From a virus (taxonomy: Duplodnaviria; Heunggongvirae; Uroviricota; Caudoviricetes), in IMG/VR virus record IMGVR_UViG_2534682307_000021: a DNA stretch of 5,665 nucleotides; one strand, 5' to 3'. The notes under the pieces were generated by a model. The model saw only the letters and a list, made by a program, of their open reading frames with translations. It had not been told where the DNA came from and did not search any database. The translations under genes were made by a program, and so were the position numbers. The stretch's first letter is position 1. The number at the start of each line of letters is the position of its first letter. Of the stretch, positions 5,643-5,665 are shown piece by piece.

Positions 5643-5665
5643 ACCGCCTGAAATAAATCTGACTT

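Noticed and set aside
5629-5665. Intact tRNA-Ser gene on the minus strand
   Set aside because: Only the last 14 nt match; no T-loop (TTCGAA) and no cloverleaf is possible in the available sequence. Kept only as a possible att fragment.

Overview
All real genes are on the + strand. The window appears to be an Escherichia-type chromosomal locus with three parts. (1) 1-1677: the right end of a phage-derived island with a minimal packaging/capsid module: a terminase-small-subunit-like gene carrying 12-bp-phased GTTAC iterons, a 53-aa acidic ORF, and an HK97-fold major-capsid-like gene with no portal, protease or large terminase between them. (2) 1678-2655: about 1 kb of non-coding DNA unusually dense in perfect palindromes, an 83-bp direct repeat present twice, a 19-bp box present three times, and 10-bp phased iterons beside an AT-rich tract. 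(3) 2656-5665: core clpS-clpA, a strong clpA terminator, an orphan type I-F CRISPR mini-array (2 repeats, 1 spacer), a bidirectional terminator, and a 14-nt tRNA-Ser 3'-end-like fragment at the window edge. The most likely novel element is the island end plus its structured non-coding region; the CRISPR remnant and the possible tRNA att fragment are secondary leads. All protein calls rest on reading the translations and recalled family patterns; no database search was run.
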